Part shown: positions 56,796-64,000 of the stretch, piece by piece | Layout of the letters: each line of letters starts with the position of its first letter | Numbering within the stretch: position 1 is the stretch's first letter | DNA from: Candidatus Micrarchaeota archaeon | GTDB lineage: Archaea; Micrarchaeota; Micrarchaeia; Anstonellales; Bilamarchaeaceae | Assembly (NCBI GenBank): GCA_016212505.1 | Contig: JACRGB010000010.1 | Coordinates: forward strand, 26,758 to 90,757 | Direction: 5' to 3' | Length of the DNA: 64,000 nt | Notes under the pieces: model-generated | What the model was told of the DNA's origin: nothing | The model's input: the letters and a program-made list of their open reading frames with translations, nothing else | Databases searched by the model: none | Position numbers and translations under genes: made by a program

Positions 56796-57419
56796 ATGAC
56801 TATTGTCCGGGATTTCCAATTACTAAAAAAACATGGCTTTGGGCTATTGCCTTATGAAATTGCAAAAAACGGTAGCGAAGCCAAAAAAATTGCCAGGAAA
56901 ATAGGATACCCGGTTGCAATGAAAGTTGTTTCATCAGAAATAGAGCATAAGAGCGATATTGGCGGGGTAAAAATCAAGATAAGAAACGATGAAGCGCTCG
57001 AAGTTGCGTATGCTGATATCATGCACAACGTCAAAGGTAAAAAAATCGATGGGATCATGATCCAAAAAATGGCCCGCAAAGGGGTAGAACTCATAGTCGG
57101 TGGCAAAAAAGATGCGCAGTTTGGACACATGATCGTTCTTGGCCTAGGTGGAATTTATGTTGAAATTTTCAGGGATATTAGTGCAAGGTTATGCCCAGTT
57201 AACAGAACCGATATTGAAGAAATGATAGCCGAACTAAAATCCCACCCCTTGCTTGATGGGGCCAGGGGACAAAAACCGATTAATAAAAAAGCGCTGGAAG
57301 ATGTTGTCCTGAGGATGTGCAAGTTCATGCATGATGAAGAGATCACGGAAATGGACCTGAACCCAATTATTTTTGACGAGAAAGGTTATGATATTGTGGA
57401 TGCGAGGTTTTCAAAATAA
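56796..57419 (+). CDS. acdB: ADP-forming acetyl-CoA synthetase beta subunit (ATP-grasp)
   Basis: IGYPVAMKVVSSEIEHKSDIGGVKIKI ... LGLGGIYVEIFRDIS ... LDGARGQKPIN ... DLNPI. Close to Pyrococcus ACD beta as I recall it. Confidence 0.85.
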   Translation: MTIVRDFQLLKKHGFGLLPYEIAKNGSEAKKIARKIGYPVAMKVVSSEIEHKSDIGGVKIKIRNDEALEVAYADIMHNVKGKKIDGIMIQKMARKGVELIVGGKKDAQFGHMIVLGLGGIYVEIFRDISARLCPVNRTDIEEMIAELKSHPLLDGARGQKPINKKALEDVVLRMCKFMHDEEITEMDLNPIIFDEKGYDIVDARFSK

Positions 57420-57445
57420 GTGTCTAATTTAAGTCTTGTTCAACT

Positions 57446-58717
57446 TTAAACGGCCTCATCATAACGTGTTCTGAACTGATCAAGCTCATCGAGTTCTTTT
57501 TGACTAAGTTTTAATGGTGTTGAGATTTGTGCTTTGACAGAAGGATTTTGTCTACAAATTTGAGTAACAGTATGCCAGTTAACTAAGCCAGGTTGTAATT
57601 GTTCTATGAACTGCAACATACGAATCAATCCAGTGGCAACTCGATTATTTACGAAGTCAGATTGGCCATTTAAATGCAAAATTGCTAGTGAAGTTAAGAG
57701 GATATCTTTTATGTTATTCAGATTTTCTTTTGTGCCATGAACTTGAAGTAAACTAAGATCATAAACTGGAATGTAAGGATTCAGGCCCATTTCAAGAAGT
57801 TCAACAAGCACAATATGGGCCTCTACTTCGCGGGGGTTGGGGCGGCTTTGTAAATTTATAACATGTACATCAGCATCACCATACAACTTTTCAAAGAAAG
57901 AAGATAAAGGAAAAACAGAAGATAACTCCGAACTGGTAAGGGATAGACATGCATCTTGGATTTCTTTTTCCATTTCTGAAAGAGGAGGAACTATATGAAG
58001 AAAATGCGCCGGAGGTCTTTTGTGTCGCTTCCAATCAACCTCTATTCTATTGAATTCGATACACTCATCAATATTTTCTCCAGTAAAAGTAAATGGCACC
58101 TTCAATTGATCTGCTACGAGTTGATCATTTTTACAAATTTTTAAGACACAGTCCCAATTTACAGAACCTGGATAGATGTATTTACTGTCTATGAATTGAA
58201 GGGTTCGAACAAGCGCCTTAACAACATCGTTCTGTTCTATGCCGAAATAAGTGCTGAAGTCGCTAAATAACATTTCAAGGGCAGATAAAACAACATCACG
58301 TATTTTGTAAACGCTTTCAGGGCAATTGAGTCTTTTGAGTAAACATAAATCATATATGGGAATTATTCTTTGATCAGGGAACAACCTTCTGTTAAGCGGA
58401 CTCAACAGATCCAAAAGTTCATTGTGTAAAATATGCGCTTCACACATTCTAGTAGAGCTAGGAAATTCCCATAGATCTGCAGGAGTCCATCTTACGTTTG
58501 GATATAAAGCTAATAGGAATACGTGAAACGGAGAGATTATAGCGCCACCACCGTCTTTTTTCTCTATTTTCATGCTTTCTTTTGCAGCGCGAAGTTCATC
58601 TTCTAAACTTGGTCGATCTAAAATTGCATACCTCCTAAATTTTGGGTCAACTTGCGGTGGCCTTGTTGTAGTATCAAGCCGTCGAAGATTTGAAAGTCTA
58701 ACTATCGGTATTTGCAT
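57446..58717 (-). CDS. Hypothetical protein (orphan E) with internal tandem duplication
   Basis: 423-codon ORF. aa 93-212 (EAHILHNELLDLL...VNWDCVLKICKND...) repeats at aa 299-404 (EAHIVLVELLEMG...VNWHTVTQICRQN...). Basic Thr/Pro-containing N-terminus. Confidence 0.6.
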   Translation of the reverse strand: MQIPIVRLSNLRRLDTTTRPPQVDPKFRRYAILDRPSLEDELRAAKESMKIEKKDGGGAIISPFHVFLLALYPNVRWTPADLWEFPSSTRMCEAHILHNELLDLLSPLNRRLFPDQRIIPIYDLCLLKRLNCPESVYKIRDVVLSALEMLFSDFSTYFGIEQNDVVKALVRTLQFIDSKYIYPGSVNWDCVLKICKNDQLVADQLKVPFTFTGENIDECIEFNRIEVDWKRHKRPPAHFLHIVPPLSEMEKEIQDACLSLTSSELSSVFPLSSFFEKLYGDADVHVINLQSRPNPREVEAHIVLVELLEMGLNPYIPVYDLSLLQVHGTKENLNNIKDILLTSLAILHLNGQSDFVNNRVATGLIRMLQFIEQLQPGLVNWHTVTQICRQNPSVKAQISTPLKLSQKELDELDQFRTRYDEAV

Positions 58718-58740
58718 AACTAATATTGGTTATTGAGTAA

Positions 58741-58753
58741 TTTTAAACATTTG
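58741..58753 (-). promoter_or_regulatory. TATA/BRE-like promoter element for orphan E
   Basis: ttttaaacatttg is identical to 4712-4724. It lies about 27 nt upstream of ATG 58717. Confidence 0.45.
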
Positions 58754-58818
58754 TTTTTACCCTTTTTACCACTTTAATAGATTAAGCATAATTAAAATCC
58801 TATTTTCCGTTTTCTTTT

Positions 58819-60219
58819 GTGATGGCTAGCAAGCAACAGATCAAAAACCTGAAATTTATCTTCGAACCCAAGAGCATCGCACTTGTCGGGGCTTCACCAA
58901 CGCCAAACAAGGTTAGTAATGTTATTTTCAAGAGCCTGACCGAAGGGAACTTCCAGGGGGAATTCTACCCAGTTAATCCCAAATATCAGGAAATAACTGG
59001 GATAAAATGTTACCCAAGCATCTCTAGCATAAAGAAAAAAATCGATTGCCTGATGATTGCAACCCCGGCCCAGACTGTGCCGATGATATTGCAGGAATGT
59101 GCCAGATTGAAAATAAAAGGTGTTGTACTAGTTACTGCAGGATTTAGCGAGGCTGGGGAAGAAGGCACGAAACTGGAGCGGCAGATAAAGGAAATTTGCG
59201 ATGAAAATGAAATTGCCCTCATTGGGCCAAATTGCCTGGGCACTCTAAACCCATCTACCGGAGCAGACAGTATCTTCTTACCAATGCACAAATTAGAGCG
59301 GCCAAAACCCGGTAATATTGCATTTATTACGCAGAGCGGGGCAGTAGGTTCAACAATAATTGATGTTGCTGCATACCATGGGATTGGGATTTCAAAATTC
59401 ATTTCGTATGGGAATGCGACAGTCCTTGATGAAGTGGATCTATTGGAGTATTTGGAAAAAGATAATAAAACCAAAACAATTGTTGTTTATATTGAAGGGG
59501 CCAGGCGCGGCAGGGAGTTTTTTGAAGCAATGAAGAGGATAAATAAGAAAAAACCAATAATTGCGCTCAAAGCAGGAAAATTCTCAAGAAGTGCAGCTGC
59601 TGCCAAAAGCCACACGGGAAATATTGCTGGCAGCTACCTGGCATATAACGCAGCTTTTAGGCAGGCGAAGGTAATAGAGGCCGAAGGGCTTGAGGACTTG
59701 TTTGATTTTATGAAGATCTTCTCCCAGCCGCTTGCCAAAGGGAAGCGGGTCGGAATAATAACTAATGGTGGGGGGATGGGCGTACTTACTGCAGATGCTG
59801 TGGACCAGATGGGGCTGGAGTTTGCCGAGTTTTCTGCCGAAGCAAAGGTGAAACTAAAAACGATCCTGCCGAGCTTTGGAAACGTTGCCAATCCGCTTGA
59901 CTTAATTGCCGAGGCAGATGGTGAAAAATATGAAAAGGGCATAGAAATAATGATGGATGATCCGGCAATAGACGCTTTGTTCATAATTACCTTGTTCCAA
60001 ACCCCGCCAATGGATGAGCGGGTCTTGAATGTTTTGATCAAGGCATCCGATGATCATCGGAAGCCGATTGCCTGCATAATGTTGGGCGGCGCCTATACTA
60101 CAAACTACCAGCGCTACTTGGACAAATACAAGGTGCCGAGCTACAATTCCCCAATTGCAGCAGTAAAGGCGATGAAGAAATTTATCGAGTATTCGAGATT
60201 TAGAGAACCTAAAAGGTAA
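58819..60219 (+). CDS. acdA: ADP-forming acetyl-CoA synthetase alpha subunit
   Basis: CoA-binding N-terminus SIALVGAS, GPNCLG, ITQSGA, phosphohistidine loop KSHTGNIAG. 466 aa. The ORF opens at GTG 58819; ATG is at 58822. Confidence 0.88.
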   Translation: MMASKQQIKNLKFIFEPKSIALVGASPTPNKVSNVIFKSLTEGNFQGEFYPVNPKYQEITGIKCYPSISSIKKKIDCLMIATPAQTVPMILQECARLKIKGVVLVTAGFSEAGEEGTKLERQIKEICDENEIALIGPNCLGTLNPSTGADSIFLPMHKLERPKPGNIAFITQSGAVGSTIIDVAAYHGIGISKFISYGNATVLDEVDLLEYLEKDNKTKTIVVYIEGARRGREFFEAMKRINKKKPIIALKAGKFSRSAAAAKSHTGNIAGSYLAYNAAFRQAKVIEAEGLEDLFDFMKIFSQPLAKGKRVGIITNGGGMGVLTADAVDQMGLEFAEFSAEAKVKLKTILPSFGNVANPLDLIAEADGEKYEKGIEIMMDDPAIDALFIITLFQTPPMDERVLNVLIKASDDHRKPIACIMLGGAYTTNYQRYLDKYKVPSYNSPIAAVKAMKKFIEYSRFREPKR

Positions 60220-60289
60220 ATTGTTTACCTTCTCAAGAAGCAGGTTCAAAATACAGGGTTTTAAAAACCAAACCTACAAAGAAGCACTT

Positions 60290-61693
60290 ATGCCCACCAT
60301 GAGACATAGGCACAAAACCACTACTAGTTGCGCTCGCACAGCCCGTTTGTCACCATTTCACCAAATCCCATCGCCTCGTGATTTACTTCCAGCCCAGGAA
60401 TGGCATCGAATGGAGCGATCTATTCGAAGTTCAGGGATACCTCAGTTTGAGCAGGGGATTTTGCTATCTACTATAGAACGTGCCTTTAAAGCAAAGGATC
60501 TGGACAATCCTGCCACTACTACTATTCTTTATCTGTGCGGCTTTCGAATGGATTATAGATTAGATGGGGATCGTTGGGTATGGAAACCTCCCTCGGCTCA
60601 ATTTCTTTCTCGGCTCGCTCAGGCATTAAATACACTACCAGCAGAACCACTCGCAGTTGTTTTATCTGCTTTTTATAACCTGACGCAAAAACCTTGGGCG
60701 GAATCAAGAAATTGGCGGACCTGTTCACTCATAGATGCCATGCTCAAAGTAGCTCCTCTTCTTCTTGAGCAAGCCGAAGATCCAGACCCCTTATCGCTTG
60801 CACTCAGTTTAACCAAGTTTCTCCATGGATCTCGTATTTATCCAGAGCAATTCTTGCGAACTGTTGCCTTCCTTCTGCGTTTTAGTGATTGTGATTCGGA
60901 ACATATGCTCGCGCTTCTTAATAGGCTCGACAACTCCCCCATTACTCACCCAGATCTTCCGAATCTTCGGGCGATGCACAATTTAGGTTTATCATTTGCC
61001 CGTAGTCTGGGTTGGAAAGGCCCATCCGCGTCTGAATGCCTTAACCTGGGGTATGGAGTTCATGAACTGGGAGAGGAACGCACTACTTATTTGATGGATA
61101 CGTTCGGCATTACTTATTTCGCCCGATTTGAACGGGGACTTCTACGATATTTGGCTGAAAAAAGTCTTTTACACTATGATCTATCGAAACCTCTTGTTTT
61201 GGACATTACAACAGGAGATGACCCACGTGGTTCTTTTTATACTTCCAGTGATTCGCTTTCCCCTAGTCCCCGTTATCGGTTTATTGTGATAGAGGTTGGT
61301 TCACGGAAAGAATTGCAAGAACGAGTTTTTAGTATCCTTGATCAATATGGCCCAATTCATCGGCTCGTTTTTAGCGTACATGGTATCTCGGAGGCCATGT
61401 TCCTTGCCAATAACGATGAGGGAGAAGTGATTTCATCCAATTTAACTGAACTGGATGTTCTAGGTAATGGGTTAGATCCATCTTGCTTAATACTACTTAA
61501 TTCATGCCTCACAGGCAGTGGTCGAAACCCAATCGCAGGGTCCATCGCAAATCGGTGGCAACGGCCAGTCGTCGCGCCTCTTGACTCCTTTTCTTCCAGC
61601 CAGTTCGTACGGACATCTAATCAGACGATTATTGGGATGAGTTATGGTGGGGTAAGTGACGAGGTTGCTTCCAGACGCTTTGAACCTCAGTGA
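60290..61693 (+). CDS. Hypothetical protein (orphan F): helical N-terminal region plus C-terminal CHAT/caspase-like (or DUF4347-like) His-Cys region
   Basis: The ORF is open from TTG 60221. The first ATG, 60290, sits 27 nt downstream of TTTTAAAAA (60259-60267). The C-terminal pattern RLVFSVHGISEAMFL...SCLILLNSCLTGSG...IAGSIA...PVVAPLD resembles the clan-CD His...Cys arrangement. Confidence 0.6.
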   Translation: MPTMRHRHKTTTSCARTARLSPFHQIPSPRDLLPAQEWHRMERSIRSSGIPQFEQGILLSTIERAFKAKDLDNPATTTILYLCGFRMDYRLDGDRWVWKPPSAQFLSRLAQALNTLPAEPLAVVLSAFYNLTQKPWAESRNWRTCSLIDAMLKVAPLLLEQAEDPDPLSLALSLTKFLHGSRIYPEQFLRTVAFLLRFSDCDSEHMLALLNRLDNSPITHPDLPNLRAMHNLGLSFARSLGWKGPSASECLNLGYGVHELGEERTTYLMDTFGITYFARFERGLLRYLAEKSLLHYDLSKPLVLDITTGDDPRGSFYTSSDSLSPSPRYRFIVIEVGSRKELQERVFSILDQYGPIHRLVFSVHGISEAMFLANNDEGEVISSNLTELDVLGNGLDPSCLILLNSCLTGSGRNPIAGSIANRWQRPVVAPLDSFSSSQFVRTSNQTIIGMSYGGVSDEVASRRFEPQ

Positions 61694-61962
61694 GTTTTAT
61701 TTCCCAGCCACCATTCTTTGAAAAACGGCAGAGTTAAGGTTGAAAAAATAAAACCAACTGCCGGAACGATCGCAACAAGAAAAGGGTTTGGCGCGTTTAT
61801 CAAAACCAAAAAAAGTGCTGCAAAAAGGTAGGTGCCAATCGAGATTATAATGCGACGCGAATTACATAGTTCCCATCTTTTGTCTGATTCAACACGAACG
61901 TTGCGTTCTTTTAGTTTTGTTATTTCACTTTCGAGTTTTTCGATTTCTTGGGTAGTTACCAC
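61687..61962 (-). CDS. Small coiled-coil plus two-TM membrane protein
   Basis: TTQEIEKLESEITKLKERN followed by two hydrophobic helices. GTG 61962 avoids overlap with purF; the ORF track start at 62064 is unlikely. Confidence 0.5.
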   Translation of the reverse strand: MVTTQEIEKLESEITKLKERNVRVESDKRWELCNSRRIIISIGTYLFAALFLVLINAPNPFLVAIVPAVGFIFSTLTLPFFKEWWLGNKTH

Positions 61963-61998
61963 AGATAAATGATGTAAGCAAAAAGTTAAAAACAATGG

Positions 61999-63429
61999 AT
62001 GATTAGTTATCCTATGGTAATCAGAATCATGCGCCCCCACTCTGAAGACTTTGAAGAAAAGCACGAGGAGTGTGGGTTAGTTGCTATTTATTCTAAAAAA
62101 GGAAAACCAGTCGCCCAGTTAATCTACCGCGCGCTTATGGCACTCCAGCACCGAGGCCAGGACGCTGCAGGATTTGCGATTTTTGAGAACGGGAAAATAG
62201 AGGTTAGAAAAGGCCTGGGTTTGGTCAATGAGGCATTCAAAATAGAGGATTTTGATTTGTTAGGCCCCATTGGGATCGGCCATACGCGGTATCCGACCGC
62301 AGGATTGATAACAAAAGCAGAGATACACCCGTTTGTGAATGATGATGTTGCGATTGCCCACAATGGCCATCTTGCGAATTATAAGTTAATCAAAAAAGAC
62401 ATAGAAAAAAGGCACACTTTGGTGGGCACTTCGGACTCTGAAGTTATATCGATCTTACTAAAGGAGAACCTATCGGGGGGTATAGACAAGGCAGTGGGTA
62501 AGATAATGGATGCGATAGATGGCGCATATTCCAATGTTGGTATTGTTCAGGGGAAGATAATCGCATTTCGGGATCCGCATGCGATAAGGCCACTAGTCTA
62601 TGGCGAAAATCAGGACTACATTTGTTTTGCATCGGAAACAACTGCATTGGATATAAACAACATAGGTTATTCCGGGGACCTTGGACCAGGAGAGCTTGCA
62701 GTAATTGAAAATGGTAAAATAGTTAAAAAAACAATAAAAAAACAAGAACCACGCCATTGTATGTTTGAATATGTTTATTTTGCAAGGCCGGATTCAGTAA
62801 TAAATAAATTGAGTGTTTTGGAGGTACGGAAAAAACTGGGCCAGACGCTTGCCAGGGAACAGCCAGTAAAGGCAGATGTGATAGTTCCAATACCAGATAC
62901 TGCACGAACTGCAGCCGGAGCGTTTTCCAAAGAGAGCGGCATAATGATGGATGAGGGCCTCATAAAGAATCGGTATATTGGCAGGACATTTATTATGCCC
63001 TCACAAGATAAGAGAAAGGCGGCGGTGAGCTTGAAATTAAACCCGGTAAAAAGCGTTGTTAGCGGAAAGCGGGTTGTATTAATCGATGATTCAATTGTCA
63101 GGGGCACAACCCTAAGGGAAATTGTGAGCCTGGTAAGGGGTGCTGGGGCAAAAGAAGTTCACCTTCGGATAACCTGCCCGCCACTAATTGCACCCTGTTT
63201 TTATGGGGTGGACATGGCAACTTATAAGGAACTGATAGCAAACAATAAAAGTGTTGAAGAGATACGTAAGTTCCTAGGAGCAGATAGTTTGGGATACATT
63301 TCGATTAGTGGCCTGAAGAAGGCGATAGGCCTTCCGGTCTGCACAGGTTGTCTGAATGAGGAGTATGTTACTCCATATGCTAAAAAACTAGCGCTAGAAA
63401 AAAGAGATGATGAGGCGTTTTGTGGATGA
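61999..63429 (+). CDS. purF: Amidophosphoribosyltransferase (with N-terminal propeptide)
   Basis: Ntn nucleophile Cys in EECGLVAIYS, PRTase loop VVLIDDSIVRGTT, C-terminal Cys residues. The start may be ATG 62029. Confidence 0.9.
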   Translation: MISYPMVIRIMRPHSEDFEEKHEECGLVAIYSKKGKPVAQLIYRALMALQHRGQDAAGFAIFENGKIEVRKGLGLVNEAFKIEDFDLLGPIGIGHTRYPTAGLITKAEIHPFVNDDVAIAHNGHLANYKLIKKDIEKRHTLVGTSDSEVISILLKENLSGGIDKAVGKIMDAIDGAYSNVGIVQGKIIAFRDPHAIRPLVYGENQDYICFASETTALDINNIGYSGDLGPGELAVIENGKIVKKTIKKQEPRHCMFEYVYFARPDSVINKLSVLEVRKKLGQTLAREQPVKADVIVPIPDTARTAAGAFSKESGIMMDEGLIKNRYIGRTFIMPSQDKRKAAVSLKLNPVKSVVSGKRVVLIDDSIVRGTTLREIVSLVRGAGAKEVHLRITCPPLIAPCFYGVDMATYKELIANNKSVEEIRKFLGADSLGYISISGLKKAIGLPVCTGCLNEEYVTPYAKKLALEKRDDEAFCG

Positions 63430-63485
63430 GTTTGCAGGCAGAATGTATAGGGATAAGAGAGCAGATTGATGGAGTTGCGGAATAA

Positions 63486-64000
63486 ATGGTTGTAGTAGAA
63501 TATTTATACGAGGATATGAAAAAACTAGTTAACCTCCCATTAAATAAGGTAATTGATGGACTAAACAATTTGGGAGCCCCCTCAGAGTACAATGAGGAAG
63601 CCAAAGCGATAGTGTCTGAAATCACCCCGAATCGGCCAGATTGGTATTCGGTGCATGGTCTTGCACGCTCGGTTTTGGAGTATTATAAAAAAGATAAAAA
63701 ATCCTACAAGGCCAAAAAATCAAATTATGTTGTCAATGTGGAAAATACCATAGATAGCTGGCCCTATGCGGTCTGCGCAGTGGTAAAGGGCCTAAAATTC
63801 GATGATGAAAAGATCACTGAGATAATACATCTGCAGGAAAAAATCGGCCTGACATTCCTAAGGCACAGAAAAAAAGGGGGACCGGGGCTCTACCCATTGG
63901 AAAAAATTGCATTTCCGGTAAAATTTACTGCTGAAGAACCAGAGAAAATAAGATACCGGCCCTTGGAGTACCCAAGCGCCATAAGCGGGAAGGAAATTTT
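63486..64000 (+). CDS. pheT: Phenylalanyl-tRNA synthetase beta subunit, archaeal type (5' partial; runs off the window)
   Basis: My own translation from ATG 63486 is open to the window end. EITPNRPDWYSVHGLARS and IIHLQEKIGLTFLRHRKKGGPGLYPLEKI...RYRPLEY match the archaeal PheT N-terminal pattern. It is absent from the ORF track because it has no stop codon. Confidence 0.8.
   Translation, partial: MVVVEYLYEDMKKLVNLPLNKVIDGLNNLGAPSEYNEEAKAIVSEITPNRPDWYSVHGLARSVLEYYKKDKKSYKAKKSNYVVNVENTIDSWPYAVCAVVKGLKFDDEKITEIIHLQEKIGLTFLRHRKKGGPGLYPLEKIAFPVKFTAEEPEKIRYRPLEYPSAISGKEI

Overview
This is a 64-kb segment of an archaeal chromosome, densely coding on both strands (about 60 genes) and roughly 40% GC by eye.

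**Recognisable core.** An intron-rich tRNA-Val, aIF5B, PCNA, Rad50, class I CCA-adding enzyme, a beta-CASP RNase, DNA gyrase B (carrying a 434-aa HNH intein) and gyrase A. Also GatE and GatD, AglB/STT3, FtsZ, PyrD/PyrK, a riboflavin operon (ribB, fused ribC-ribH, ribA, ribD), Ogg, both subunits of ADP-forming acetyl-CoA synthetase, PurF and the start of archaeal PheT.

**Accessory content.**
- VapBC sits directly upstream of a Rad50 that has no adjacent Mre11.
- A surface/membrane gene trio is rich in N-glycosylation sequons.
- There is a CcdA plus two-thioredoxin-fold module.
- An E1-like ThiF gene is translationally coupled to an unknown small ORF.
- A DtxR-headed metal operon encodes a multicopper oxidase, ZIP, a cupredoxin-like protein and NRAMP.

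**Most notable observations.**
1. tRNA-Val(GAC) has about 190 of its 266 nt as intron (two introns, one at a non-canonical D-loop position). A covarying structural paralog of the D-loop intron lies just 3' of the gene.
2. A dispersed set of unrecognisable, mostly leaderless orphan genes each has its own TATA-like element. They include a tandem paralog pair next to a PHP phosphoesterase, a protein with a CHAT/caspase-like His-Cys region, and antisense genes lying between gatD/gatE and between acdB/acdA.
3. An archaeal-type riboflavin synthase is fused to lumazine synthase inside an otherwise bacterial-type rib operon.

**Limits.** I saw no CRISPR array, rRNA, transposase or integrase. Taxonomy cannot be assigned from this window. 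The gene content and split tRNA are compatible with a small-genome (DPANN-like) archaeon, but that is inference only. All calls are hand-read motif recognition without database searches.
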